64,000 nucleotides of DNA from Nannocystales bacterium. GTDB lineage: Bacteria; Myxococcota_A; Polyangia; Nannocystales; Nannocystaceae. The DNA is taken from contig JBOEGF010000019.1 in NCBI GenBank assembly GCA_050633305.1, positions 128,001 through 192,000 of the forward strand. Direction: 5' to 3'. Position numbers and translations under genes: made by a program. Below are positions 29,595 through 39,865 of the stretch, one piece after another; position 1 is the first letter of the stretch; every line of letters begins with the position of its first letter. The notes under the pieces are model-generated. The model saw only the letters and a list, made by a program, of their open reading frames with translations, searched no databases and was not told the origin of the DNA.

Positions 29595-32276
29595 TTAGGG
29601 AGCGCTCGGTGCTGGCTCGCCAAGCGTGGCGAGCAGTTCTTCGATCCGAACGGCGTCCGCGTCGGTGGCGGTCTCCAGGGCCTCACGGAAAGCCTCGGCC
29701 GCCGCGTCTGACTCGACATCGATCAAACTGCGACCCAACGCTTCATACAGCGAAGCGCGCTTCTTCCCGGTCCACCCCACGCGCCCTGCCAGCACCGACG
29801 CGCGCTCGAGGGCCGCGGTGGCCTGCGCATTGGCGCTTCCTTCCAAGTGAGCGAGACCCAGCCCGAGCAGGGCGTCGGCCAGCTGAGCGTCGCTCTTGGT
29901 CCCGTCGAGGGCGGTCACGGCATCGGCGTAGTGAGCCGCCGCGAGGCTGTGTTGATCTTGGGCGGTCTCGAGCTTGCCCATCGCGACATGCAAGGACGCC
30001 AACGTATCCGGGGACAGGCTGCTCTGCTTTGCGATGACGAGCGCGCGGTCGAAGCTCCTCGCGGCTTCGCGATGTTTGTTCGCCCCTGCGTTTGCGACAC
30101 CCAGGCCTTGGAGCGCGGAGACTAGCTCTGGGTGCGCGGGGCCAAAGGTGGACTCGCGGAGGGTGATGACCTCCACGAGGTACTGCGAGGCGGTGCTCCA
30201 CTCTTGGCGAGTGTTGGCCAGCTCGCCGAGCTCGAACAGGATGTCGGCGCGAAGGATCGTCGTGCGGGTGTCGCTGTCCTGCAACAGCGCGAGCGCGCGG
30301 TGATACGAGGCCAGGGCGTCGCGGTCCTGCCCTCGGCTGTGTTGGTGTGCGGCCTGGGCCACGAAGAGCTGCGCGCGCAGACGCTCGAGCTTGATCGCGT
30401 CCACGAGGGTGGTCGCGTGCTCGAGGGCGACCGCGCGTGCGGGCTCGACATCGTAGCGGCTCAGGGCGATCCAGGCTTCGGCCTGGGGAATGCGCAGCGA
30501 TGCCGCCGCGGCAATGGAAGCTGCCTCATGCAAGAGCGCCGCCGCCTCGGGAGCGCCGCTTCGGGCGGCGGCAAGCCCCATCACAAGCTTCGCGCGCACG
30601 AACGCGCTCGGGTCTTCGGAGGCGGAGAGGTTCTCGGTGGCGTGGCTCGCCCGGAGTTGGGCCGCTTGTGCATCTCCGGCCAGCAACAGTAGCCAAGCCT
30701 GGTCGACCTCGAGTTTCGCCGGGGAGTCGGACGGCTCGGCATAGTCGAGCATATCGCCCGAGCGGCAGTCGGCCGGTCGCCACAAGCCTGTGACGACTCG
30801 CTGTGCACCCTCGACCGCGCTGGCGGAAGCACCTTCTTCGACGGTGGTGTTGGCAAACGTGGCGAACGGCTGGAGCACACCGTCGAGGCAAGCGTTGCGC
30901 CGCGCGAGCAAGGCGTCGTCGTCGTCGGCCTGCCGAACTTTGCAGGCGAGCGAGTAGTACTCGAACCACTGGCTGCTCCAGTCGTCCATGCTCGCCTGGA
31001 CCTCGGCCCAGGAATCGGGGGCGTGCGGGCGGCCAGTGGCGAGGAAGGCCTCCTCGAGTGCGACTCGTGTGTCCGGGTCCCAGGCTCCATCGAGCAGGGC
31101 GGTGTCGGCCTCGCAGCGAGACGCCTCTCGCTGCACGAGGTAGGCGACTCCGGAAGCGGCGGCTGCGACACCCACGAGCACGCCGACGCCTGCAAGCCAC
31201 CGCCGGCGGCGACCGTCGGGGTCGTGCTCGAGGTGGCGGAGAACCATCTCCATCGAGGCGTAGCGATCTCGTCGTCGCGGGCTCATTCCCTTGAGGAGAA
31301 CCTCGCGCAACCACAGGGGAACGTCCGAGCCCTCGGGGGCAGGGCGGACGCTGTGCGCGAGCGCGGCGGCGGCGATGCTCTCCGGCGTGTCGCCCTTGAA
31401 CGGAACCTCGCCGTACAGCGCTTCGTACATCGCGGCACAGAACGCGAACTGGTCGGCCTTGGCGTCGGGCTCGATGCCGGCGTGCAGCTCGGGGGCGAGG
31501 TAGCGCGGCGTCCCGACGAGCTCCGCCCGAGGCGGGCGGGAGATGATGCTGTCCTCGCCGTCACTGCTCTTCGTGAGGCTGACGCCGAGACCTTCTTTGA
31601 GACCCTCGACCGTGAGCCGCGGGCTGGAGACCTCGGCAACCGGGGTTGCGAGCCCGAAGTCGACCACGCAGATCCGGCCCGACTTCTCCATGAACACGCG
31701 GCTGGGCGTGAAGTCTCCGTGAATACAACCCGCGGCGTGGGCTGCAGCGAGCCCTGAGCCTGCCTCACGGAAGACGCGCAGAACCTCGGGCCAGGGGAAG
31801 GGCTCGTCTCGCGCTTCCATCCATTGCCGAAGGTCGATACCGTCGATGAACTCCATCGCGACGTAGATGGCCTCGCCGATGGTTCCAGCGTCGAGGACCT
31901 CGACGATGGCGGGATGGTCGAGACCACCGCTGCGCATGATCCCCGTGATCACGGCGTCTCGGATCTGGTCGGCCTCGTCGTCGTCGTGCTCCGGAACCTC
32001 GACGAGCTTGAGCGCCACCTTGCGATCCAGACGGGCATCGAATGCCGCGTAGACGTTGTCGCCGTCCCGGTTGGAGAGCTGACTCAAGATGACGTAGCTG
32101 CCGACGGTCGTGCCTCGGACGAGCGCGTCGAGGGAGCCGTCGGGCGCAGCAGGCTCTGCGGTGCCGCCGGTGAGTACGGCCCGAACGATCCCGTTGTCTT
32201 CGCCGGTCCTATCGGGTGTGGACGCGGAGTCGTCGGTCGACGAGTCAGACTCGTTGGGCTCGTGGTCGTCGGCCAT
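29595..32276 (-). CDS. Myxobacterial Ser/Thr kinase-TM-TPR protein with degenerate catalytic motifs
   Basis: DRKVALK, VAMEFIDG, VDFGLA, GTPRYLAPE, DQFAFC; TM helix; TPR C-terminus. The catalytic loop reads HGDFTPSR. Confidence 0.88.
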   Translation of the reverse strand: MADDHEPNESDSSTDDSASTPDRTGEDNGIVRAVLTGGTAEPAAPDGSLDALVRGTTVGSYVILSQLSNRDGDNVYAAFDARLDRKVALKLVEVPEHDDDEADQIRDAVITGIMRSGGLDHPAIVEVLDAGTIGEAIYVAMEFIDGIDLRQWMEARDEPFPWPEVLRVFREAGSGLAAAHAAGCIHGDFTPSRVFMEKSGRICVVDFGLATPVAEVSSPRLTVEGLKEGLGVSLTKSSDGEDSIISRPPRAELVGTPRYLAPELHAGIEPDAKADQFAFCAAMYEALYGEVPFKGDTPESIAAAALAHSVRPAPEGSDVPLWLREVLLKGMSPRRRDRYASMEMVLRHLEHDPDGRRRRWLAGVGVLVGVAAAASGVAYLVQREASRCEADTALLDGAWDPDTRVALEEAFLATGRPHAPDSWAEVQASMDDWSSQWFEYYSLACKVRQADDDDALLARRNACLDGVLQPFATFANTTVEEGASASAVEGAQRVVTGLWRPADCRSGDMLDYAEPSDSPAKLEVDQAWLLLLAGDAQAAQLRASHATENLSASEDPSAFVRAKLVMGLAAARSGAPEAAALLHEAASIAAAASLRIPQAEAWIALSRYDVEPARAVALEHATTLVDAIKLERLRAQLFVAQAAHQHSRGQDRDALASYHRALALLQDSDTRTTILRADILFELGELANTRQEWSTASQYLVEVITLRESTFGPAHPELVSALQGLGVANAGANKHREAARSFDRALVIAKQSSLSPDTLASLHVAMGKLETAQDQHSLAAAHYADAVTALDGTKSDAQLADALLGLGLAHLEGSANAQATAALERASVLAGRVGWTGKKRASLYEALGRSLIDVESDAAAEAFREALETATDADAVRIEELLATLGEPAPSAP

Positions 32277-32403
32277 CGGAAGCGCGAATGATAGCCGCTC
32301 GGACCGACGGTGAGCGCATCACGTGGAGGTCCGAAATCGAGCCCCGCGGGGATCAACGTTCAGGCCTGCGGAGCTGCGGTGCACAGCGTTGCTGCACTCG
32401 ATG

Positions 32404-34431
32404 TCACTGCGATTTCGGGGCGTGGGCCCGTTCGATCTGCACGCGTGCGTCGTTGAACGTCGCGCCCCGGCCGAGGTCGGTCAGGGTTGTGGGGCACAGA
32501 GCGTTGGACGTGTTGCCGTTGTGCGTGTGCCGTTCCCACAGGCCTTTGTCGAGGCAAAGGACACCCGGGGAGAGGTCATCGTTGAGCTCTGCATCGCACT
32601 CGACGGCACCCAGCGCATTGAACACACGAACGGCGTCACCGTCGCGGATGCTGCGGGCCTCGGCGTCGCGAGGATGAATCTGCACCTTGGCGAGCGTGGT
32701 GCGGAGCTGGCCGAAGGTCGAGTTGGTGAGCTTGGCGGTGGCCGGAGACAACAGCGCGAGGGGGTGCTCCTGGGTGCTGGGGTCAGGCTGGTAGCTGTAG
32801 AGCTCGACGCCCGCGGTCTCCTTACATTCCGCATCGAGTGCTGTGGGGCACAGATGGATCTTGCCGTCGTCGGTCTCGGCGAAGCGGTCCCGAAACAGTG
32901 CGCCGGGTCGCGGGACGTCGAGGGTGGATTGCTCACGGAGCGTCTGCCGCTCGTCTGCGTCCAACTCGATGGATGACGTGACCGCCTCCGCGATCTCCTC
33001 GGGGTCCGTCAGGTCCGTGTCGCGAGCCAGTCCGGTGCGCTCGAGCAGCTCGGCAAACACGGCGTAGTTGGGGCGAGCGAGATCGACGGCAGGAACCGCC
33101 GGCCGAACACGGTTGAGGACGCTCGCACCGTAGCCTCGGGTGAGGTCGTGATGCTCGAGAAAGGTCGTCGCCGGGAGGAGCACGTCAGCCCACTTGGCGG
33201 TGTCGGTGTGGACCTGGTCGAAGACGACCGTGAACAGGTCTTCGCGGGTCAGCCCGCGCCGCACGGCCGCTTGATCGGGCACGGTGGCGAGTGGGTTGGC
33301 GTTGTAGACGAACAGCGCTTCGACCGGGGGTGCCTGCGCCAGCAACGCGGGACCGAGTCTGTTCATGTTGATCGTTCGGACCGCGGGCTCCGCTTCCCCG
33401 ACGACAGCGTCGAGGTTCCAGCGGAACGTGCGGCTTTGGCTCATCGTGAACCCGCCTCCGCGGGGCCCGAACTTGCCGCCGACAGCGGGCAGGGCGAGCA
33501 CCGAGGCCACCGCCGAGCCGCCGTTGCGATTGCGCTCCAGTCCCCATCCGCAGCGAATGACTGCGGGCTCGGCCTCGGCGAACCGGCGGGCGAAGGCCTC
33601 GATCTCGGTTGCGGGCAGATCACACACCTCCGCGGCACGCTCGAGCGTCCACGGTTGCGCCCGTGCTCGGAACTCGTCTGTCCCTGTGGCATGGGCCGCC
33701 AAGAAAGCCTCGTCGGCATGTCCGTGCTCGAACAGCCACCGCGACATCGCGAGCGCCAGGACGACGTCGGTTCCGGGTCGCAGCGCGAGGTGTTGGTCCG
33801 CGGACTTGGCTTGCGGGATCCTTCGTGGGTCCACTACCACAATTTGGGCTCCGGCGGCCCGGGCTTCCTTGAGCACCGGGACCAGGTGGATGCCGCTTGC
33901 GCTGGGGTTGAATCCCCACAACACGATGAGCGAGGCGTGCACGTAGTCCCGGACGTCGACGCCCGGCATCATTCCGTACAGGCCTCCCTGAGCGCGGGAT
34001 GTTGCGGCCGCACAGATCGTTCGCTCGAGGTTGGAGGCGCCGAGGCGTCGGAACCAACGCGTGTCGAGCGTGCCCTCGGTCAGCGCGCCGTTGCTGCCGC
34101 CGTAGGAGAAGGGAAGGATCGCCTCGCCGCCGGAACGATCTCGGATCTCGAGCATGCGCGTCGCCACGTGCTCGAGCGCTTCATCCCAAGAGACGTCGCG
34201 GAACTCACCGGTGCCCTTGGGTCCGGTTCGAATCGCTGGGCTCCGGATGCGTTCGTCCCCGTAGAGGTGCCGGTCGAAGCGCCGGACCTTGCCGCAGACG
34301 ATGCCCGCGGTCAGCCCGTTGCGATGGTCTCCGTCAAGGCGCGCGAGCCGCCCGTCCTCGACGGAGGCGGTCAGCGTGCACGCGTCGGGACAATCCAGGG
34401 GGCAGGCGGTGTGAACCTGGCGCGACGACAT
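32404..34431 (-). CDS. Molybdopterin-dependent oxidoreductase (DMSO-reductase family, YoaE-like)
   Basis: N-terminal CPLDCPDAC...CGK Fe-S motif; SWDEAL, RTIC, PGTD, TAKWADVLLPATTFLE; molybdopterin-binding C-terminus. Confidence 0.9.
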   Translation of the reverse strand: MSSRQVHTACPLDCPDACTLTASVEDGRLARLDGDHRNGLTAGIVCGKVRRFDRHLYGDERIRSPAIRTGPKGTGEFRDVSWDEALEHVATRMLEIRDRSGGEAILPFSYGGSNGALTEGTLDTRWFRRLGASNLERTICAAATSRAQGGLYGMMPGVDVRDYVHASLIVLWGFNPSASGIHLVPVLKEARAAGAQIVVVDPRRIPQAKSADQHLALRPGTDVVLALAMSRWLFEHGHADEAFLAAHATGTDEFRARAQPWTLERAAEVCDLPATEIEAFARRFAEAEPAVIRCGWGLERNRNGGSAVASVLALPAVGGKFGPRGGGFTMSQSRTFRWNLDAVVGEAEPAVRTINMNRLGPALLAQAPPVEALFVYNANPLATVPDQAAVRRGLTREDLFTVVFDQVHTDTAKWADVLLPATTFLEHHDLTRGYGASVLNRVRPAVPAVDLARPNYAVFAELLERTGLARDTDLTDPEEIAEAVTSSIELDADERQTLREQSTLDVPRPGALFRDRFAETDDGKIHLCPTALDAECKETAGVELYSYQPDPSTQEHPLALLSPATAKLTNSTFGQLRTTLAKVQIHPRDAEARSIRDGDAVRVFNALGAVECDAELNDDLSPGVLCLDKGLWERHTHNGNTSNALCPTTLTDLGRGATFNDARVQIERAHAPKSQ

Positions 34432-34485
34432 CGGCGGAGGATACCGCCGATGGGCTCGGCTGCCAGCGGGCCCGGGATGCAGGGC

Positions 34486-35256
34486 CTACATCGAGAACGC
34501 GGCTTCGCGGGCGGTGAGCACCTCGTAGCCGTCGGCGGTCACCAGGATCGTGTGCTCGACCTGCGCGGAGAGCTTCTTGTCGATGGTGATCGCCGTCCAG
34601 TCGTCGTCGAGGATCTCGCAGTGCGGAGAGCCCTCGTTGATCATGGGCTCGATGGTGAACGTCATCCCCTCGACCAGTCGCTTGCCTCGGCCTCGCTTGC
34701 CGCGGTGAGCGACTTGGGGCTCGGTGTGGAACTTGCGGCCGATGCCGTGTCCGCAGAACGCCTCGACCACGCCGTAGCCGTGCTCGTCGTGGGCGAACTC
34801 GTAGATCGCCGCGCCGATGTCACCGACCCGTTTTCCCGGCGCGACCTCGTGAATGCCCAGCCACAGCGAACGACGGGTGATGTCGATCAGCTTCGTGACG
34901 TGCTCGGGGACTTCGCCGACCACGAACATCTCGGAGGTGTCTCCGTGATAGCCGTCGAGGATAGTGGTGATGTCGACGTTGATGATGTCGCCGTCGAGCA
35001 ACTCCCGTTCTTCGGGGATGCCGTGGCACACCACCTCGTTGATCGACGTGCAGATCGACTTGGGAAAGCCCTTGTAGTTCAGCGGGGCCGGGATGGCATC
35101 ATTGTCGAGGATGTAGTCATGACAGAGCTGATTGAGCTTCTCTGTCGTGACGCCGGCCTTGACGTGGGGCTCGATGAACTCAAGGACCGAGGCCGCGAGC
35201 CGGCAGGTGGCTCGCATCTTCTCGATAGCTGATTTGCTGTGAATCTCGACCGCCAC
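34486..35256 (-). CDS. map: Methionine aminopeptidase type I
   Basis: GFPKSICTSINEVVCHGIP, DIINVDIT, GYHGDTS, GHGIG..FH, FTIEPM, SAQVEHT. Confidence 0.96.
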   Translation of the reverse strand: MAVEIHSKSAIEKMRATCRLAASVLEFIEPHVKAGVTTEKLNQLCHDYILDNDAIPAPLNYKGFPKSICTSINEVVCHGIPEERELLDGDIINVDITTILDGYHGDTSEMFVVGEVPEHVTKLIDITRRSLWLGIHEVAPGKRVGDIGAAIYEFAHDEHGYGVVEAFCGHGIGRKFHTEPQVAHRGKRGRGKRLVEGMTFTIEPMINEGSPHCEILDDDWTAITIDKKLSAQVEHTILVTADGYEVLTAREAAFSM

Positions 35257-35381
35257 GGGCTTTCTTCCAGTCGGCTTTCCAGTAGGACTGCGCTTCCCGC
35301 GCGGAGCGGGCCCGGAGTCTACGGGATTTCTAGAGGGCAGACTATGGCCTGATGCCATCGCCTATGCCAGGCTCCGTCCGC

Positions 35382-36356
35382 ATGGCCGGGCAACCGCCCG
35401 CGCTCGAGAAGCGCAGCGCATCCGCGATCTTCGACGACCTGAGTCGACGCCGACTGGTGGTGGTCAGCGGCAAAGGGGGCGTCGGTCGTACGACGATCTC
35501 CGCACTGCTGGGGCTGGCGCTGGCTGCTCGAGGGCGACGGGTCCTTGTCGCGACCACGGGCCACGACGATCGCCTGGCGTGGATGCTGGGCGCCAGTGCC
35601 CTCTCCGACGCCGTACAAAAGGTCGGGCCGTCATTGTGGGTTCAGCGGCTCGTCGCGCAAACCTGCATTCGTGAGTACGGTGGGATGGTCATTCACTCGC
35701 AGCGAGTGTCGTCGGCGGTGTTCGACAACTCGGTGGTTCGCCGCTTGATGCGAGCGATTCCGGGCCTCGACCATTTCTCGGTGTTGGGCAAGGCGTGGCA
35801 TGAGGCCACCCGCGGCGGCGATTACGACTGCGTGATCTTCGACGGTCCCGCAACGGGCCACCTCGTCTACACGCTGGGCGTTCCGCAGGCGATCCTCGAG
35901 ACCGTCCCCAGCGGCCCCCTCACCTCAGAAGCCCGGTTGATGCAGGCGGCACTCGAAGATCCCGAGACGACCCAGGCGGTGCTCGTGGGGTTGCCCGAGG
36001 CTTGGCCGCTCACCGAGCTGGGCGAGCTGGGCGCCTTGCTGCGCTCGAAGGTCCGGATGGATGTTGCGGCGTTGGCGGTCAACGGGCTGTGGCCCAGCGA
36101 CGCGCCCGTGCTTCCAACGCCAGCCGCGGACGCCGATGGCCTCGCGACCGCGTTCTCGAGCCACGTCGGGCGCATCGGCGACATCGGCCGAACCCAGGCC
36201 CAGGAAGTGGATGCGTGGAGTCGGAGCGACGCGGCTCGCGCGTGCGGAGCCCAAGCCTGGACCACACTCCCGTGGCGTTGGCGGGGGTTGGCCAACCTCG
36301 ACGCGATGCAGGCCCTGCTGGCTGCGCTCGGCGAGCCCGGAGGTCAGGCGTCGTGA
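35382..36356 (+). CDS. ArsA/Get3-family ATPase, copy A (Walker A GRT)
   Basis: VVSGKGGVGRTT, IPGLDHFSVLGK, DGPATGH, LPEAWP..E. Confidence 0.85.
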   Translation: MAGQPPALEKRSASAIFDDLSRRRLVVVSGKGGVGRTTISALLGLALAARGRRVLVATTGHDDRLAWMLGASALSDAVQKVGPSLWVQRLVAQTCIREYGGMVIHSQRVSSAVFDNSVVRRLMRAIPGLDHFSVLGKAWHEATRGGDYDCVIFDGPATGHLVYTLGVPQAILETVPSGPLTSEARLMQAALEDPETTQAVLVGLPEAWPLTELGELGALLRSKVRMDVAALAVNGLWPSDAPVLPTPAADADGLATAFSSHVGRIGDIGRTQAQEVDAWSRSDAARACGAQAWTTLPWRWRGLANLDAMQALLAALGEPGGQAS

Positions 36357-36892
36357 GGCTCGATCTCGATCAGCACTGCGCCCGCGTCCACGGTGTCTCC
36401 CGCAGACACCAAGATGCTTCGGACCACGCCGGGGCCGTCGGAGAGCACCTCGTTCTCCATCTTCATCGCTTCGACGATGATGACGGGAGTCCCAGCCTCG
36501 ACGTCGTCTCCCTCGGCCACCAACGCCTTAACGACTCGACCGGGCATGGGGGCTTTGACCGCTCCGCTGCCCCCCGCACCGCCGCTGGCTTCTTCGAGCG
36601 CGGCCGCGAGTGTGGCCTCGGCCGCGGTCTGCACCACGAGAGGCGCTGTGTCGCCAGCAGTCGCGGCGTAGGTCGGACGCCCAGGGCCTCGGTCCAGCCA
36701 CACACGTTCTTGCGTGGTGCCGCCTTCGGGTCGAACGCTCCACGACCCATCGGGCGCAGCGTGGACGGTGAAGGTCTCCTCCCCAACCACGGCCGTCATG
36801 GCTCCACTGCTTGTTCCATCCTTGGCCGGCAGAAGCTCGACCTCGACGGACTGCTCTCCCACCTCAACACGAAATCGCTCCGGGCGGCTCAC
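36344..36892 (-). CDS. Biotin carboxyl carrier (biotinyl-domain) protein
   Basis: VKAPMPGRVV...IIVEAMKMENEV biotinylation motif. Confidence 0.92.
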   Translation of the reverse strand: MSRPERFRVEVGEQSVEVELLPAKDGTSSGAMTAVVGEETFTVHAAPDGSWSVRPEGGTTQERVWLDRGPGRPTYAATAGDTAPLVVQTAAEATLAAALEEASGGAGGSGAVKAPMPGRVVKALVAEGDDVEAGTPVIIVEAMKMENEVLSDGPGVVRSILVSAGDTVDAGAVLIEIEPHDA

Positions 36893-36910
36893 GGAGCGCA
36901 AACCTAGTCG

Positions 36911-38032
36911 ATGCCAACCTCGTCGTCCATGCGCGGTGAAGAGCCGCGGCTCACGTTTCCCGCCGATCGCAAGGTCCTGCTGACCGTCGGGCCCGGCGGT
37001 GTGGGCAAGACGACCGTAGCGGCCGCGCTGGGGCTCTCCGCCGCGGCTCAGGGTCGCAAGGTCATCGTCGTCACCATCGATCCCTCACGTCGCTTGGCCC
37101 AGGCGTTGGGCCTCACCGATCGCAACGAGGCCGAGATCGTGCGGGTCCAGGGGAGCGAGGCGCTGGGCGAGCCTCTGGACTGTCTGCTGCTCGATACCCG
37201 AGCGGTATTCGACAGCATCGTCCGCGGCTACTCCAAGAGCGACGATGCGGCCCAAAAGATGCTCGACAACCGCATCTACCAGGCGACGGTTCAGTATCTT
37301 GGGGGCGCGCTCGAGTACGCCGCGATCGCGCGCGTGCACATGCTGGTCTCCGAGGGGAAGTACGACCTCATCGTGCTGGACACCCCGCCTACGGCCAACG
37401 CGATCGACTTTCTCGAAGCGCCGGCACGGATCGGGGAACTGCTCAACAACCCCGCAGCCAAGTTCCTGACCAAGTCCAGCCGGCTCAGCATGCGCTTCCT
37501 TGGCCTGGCCAGCTCCATGATGATGAAGGTGCTCGAGGCGATGGGCGGCGGTCAGTTCATCGGTGAGCTCGGGGCGTTCCTCAGCGAGTTCGGGTCTGCG
37601 CTGGGAGAGTTTCAGCGCCGGGCCGGAGATGTCGCCGAGCTCCTGGTCTCCAAGAGCACGGGCGTTGTTCTGGCGACTTCGGCCAATGACTTCAGCGTGC
37701 GCGAGGCCAAGGCGTTCTTGGGCGTGTTGCGGGAGCGGGGCCTGCATGTCGATGGGGTCGTGCTCAACCGAGTCGACGTGGAGCTTCCACCCTTGGCCCA
37801 CGATGCGGTCCTCGAGGAATCCTTCGGGGATACGGTCGATGCGGCATCACTCCGGCGGGCTGTGGACGTCTATGACGATGCACGGGAGCAGGCCGAGAGA
37901 TCTCGCAAGGTCCGCCTGGATCTCGAGCGGAGCTACCCCGACCTCCCGGTCTGCGCGATTGAGCGCATGAGTCCGCCGCCGACGGGGCTCGCCTCGCTCG
38001 CCGAGATGGGTTCTCGCATTACGCGCCCCTGA
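36911..38032 (+). CDS. ArsA/Get3-family ATPase, copy B
   Basis: VGPGGVGKTT, TIDPSRRLAQALG, LDTPPTANAIDFL.AP, VVLNR. Confidence 0.88.
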   Translation: MPTSSSMRGEEPRLTFPADRKVLLTVGPGGVGKTTVAAALGLSAAAQGRKVIVVTIDPSRRLAQALGLTDRNEAEIVRVQGSEALGEPLDCLLLDTRAVFDSIVRGYSKSDDAAQKMLDNRIYQATVQYLGGALEYAAIARVHMLVSEGKYDLIVLDTPPTANAIDFLEAPARIGELLNNPAAKFLTKSSRLSMRFLGLASSMMMKVLEAMGGGQFIGELGAFLSEFGSALGEFQRRAGDVAELLVSKSTGVVLATSANDFSVREAKAFLGVLRERGLHVDGVVLNRVDVELPPLAHDAVLEESFGDTVDAASLRRAVDVYDDAREQAERSRKVRLDLERSYPDLPVCAIERMSPPPTGLASLAEMGSRITRP

Positions 38033-38090
38033 GCTTCGCAGGCGCACGCTCAGGATTCGTGTCTTTGTAGTCGTCGTTACGAAAGTTCCC

Positions 38091-39863
38091 GTGGATGGGG
38101 GGCCGTTGTTCGCGACTCACTCTGCGGTGACGGGACGAACGAAGACGAGCGCGTTGGCAGGTCTGCTGCTCGCACTAGGCGGCTGCTACTCGGGCGCAAG
38201 CGTGAGTGCGGAATCGTCGGCACAGACCGACGGTGCGGCGGAGCCCAGCGGCGGTGGGGGCGGAGACGCGGGTACCGACGGAGAGACGGACGGGAATGCG
38301 GACGGCGGGAGCGGGGACCCCGCCGAGTCGTGTCTCGATGGACTCGAGCCGCGAGCGCTTCAGCGGCTGTCCGCGACGCAGGCCCGCAACACCCTTCGGG
38401 ATCTGTTCGGGGTCCCGGACCTGGAGATCACCTACGCGGACGAGACGGACCCGATCACCGAACTCGGTGTCCGGCAACTCCGCAGTTCTGCCGATGCTGT
38501 CCTCGCCGTCCGCGACGCGTGGGCCGAAGACGTGTTCGGGTGCGACACCGCTGGCGAGCCGAACGACGCTTGTGCTGAGGACTTCATTCGCCGCTTCGGT
38601 ACACGGACGTTCCGTCGTCCGATCACCGACTCCGAAGTCGACACGCTGATGTCGGTCTACGAGAGCGCGGCATACGGTGAGCAGCTTTCGTTCGCGGACA
38701 GCCTCGACGTCGTGCTCTCGACGATGCTTCAGTCGCCCTCGTTCATCTATGTGCTCGAGGACGGTGCTGCGGTCACCGATGTGGACGGCGTCGTGCTCGA
38801 ACTCGATGGGCACACGCTCGCCAGTCGGTTGAGCTACTTCCTGTGGAACACGATGCCGGATGACGCGCTTTTCGCTGCGGCCGAGGCTGGTGAGCTTGCG
38901 ACCCCCCAGGGCCTCGAGCAGCAGGTCGAACGCATGCTGGCGTCGCCGCAGGCCGAGGACCGGCTGCGTTCGTTGGTGACCAAGTGGTTGCACATCGACG
39001 GTGCCGGGCTCCGATTGGTACTCGAGGACGCCATCAAGGATCCCGACCTCTACCCCGAGTTCAGCCCTGCCCTGCTCGCGGCGATGCGGGTCGAGGTGAA
39101 CGCCTTGGTCGACCGCGCGCTGTCGAGCGGCGATTCGGGCTTCGATGAACTCTTGATGTCACGGGAGGCGTACGTGAATGCGTCGCTCGCCGAGCTATAC
39201 GGTGTGCAAGGGCCGGCCGACGACGAGTCCTGGGCTTGGGTGACCCTGCCGTCCGAAGAGCGGGCCGGCATCCTCACCCGAGGAGCGTTCCTCGCGGTTC
39301 ACTCCGGGCAGCGGGTGCAGTCACCGATCGCCCGCGGGGTCTACGTGTTGGAAGAAGTGATGTGCGCTGAGCTGGGCGAGCCCCCTCCGACGGCCAACGA
39401 CACCCCGATCGAACCCGGCATGGATGACCCAAAGGGTCCGCTGACCGTGCGCGAACTGGTCGAAGTGCGCACCATGGACAACACGACGTGTGCGGCGTGC
39501 CATGCCCTGATCAACCCGACCGGATACCTCTTCGAGCACTACGACGCACTCGGCCGTTGGCGTACGACCGAGGTGCACAGCGGGTTGCAAATCGACGCGG
39601 AAGGCAAATTGACCCTCGGAGACGTCGCCGGGCCGATGGTCGATGCCGTGAAACTCTCCGAGTCGCTCGTGGACAGCGGAGATGCGCGGGCCTGTTTTGC
39701 AAAACGGTGGGCGCAGACGGCCCTCGATACCGAATCGTTCGACTCGTGTACCGAGGAGGAGGTCGTCACGGCCTTCGTCGAGACCGGGGATGTTCGTGCG
39801 TTGTTGGCGGGAATCGTGCGGAGCCCCGCGTTCCGATACGCCCGAGTCGGAGGGGAAGAGTAG
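38091..39863 (+). CDS. DUF1592/DUF1588-type (PSD/PSCyt) lipoprotein with CxxCH, second copy
   Basis: LGGC lipobox; FRRP, LQSPSFIY, ASRLSYFLWNTMPD, RAGILT, SPIARG, CAACH, GYLFEHYD. Confidence 0.87.
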   Translation: MDGGPLFATHSAVTGRTKTSALAGLLLALGGCYSGASVSAESSAQTDGAAEPSGGGGGDAGTDGETDGNADGGSGDPAESCLDGLEPRALQRLSATQARNTLRDLFGVPDLEITYADETDPITELGVRQLRSSADAVLAVRDAWAEDVFGCDTAGEPNDACAEDFIRRFGTRTFRRPITDSEVDTLMSVYESAAYGEQLSFADSLDVVLSTMLQSPSFIYVLEDGAAVTDVDGVVLELDGHTLASRLSYFLWNTMPDDALFAAAEAGELATPQGLEQQVERMLASPQAEDRLRSLVTKWLHIDGAGLRLVLEDAIKDPDLYPEFSPALLAAMRVEVNALVDRALSSGDSGFDELLMSREAYVNASLAELYGVQGPADDESWAWVTLPSEERAGILTRGAFLAVHSGQRVQSPIARGVYVLEEVMCAELGEPPPTANDTPIEPGMDDPKGPLTVRELVEVRTMDNTTCAACHALINPTGYLFEHYDALGRWRTTEVHSGLQIDAEGKLTLGDVAGPMVDAVKLSESLVDSGDARACFAKRWAQTALDTESFDSCTEEEVVTAFVETGDVRALLAGIVRSPAFRYARVGGEE

Positions 39864-39865
39864 TC

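Noticed and set aside
35382..38032. Arsenic resistance operon
   Set aside because: No arsB/acr3, arsC, arsR or arsD nearby, and the proteins are single-domain rather than tandem ArsA.
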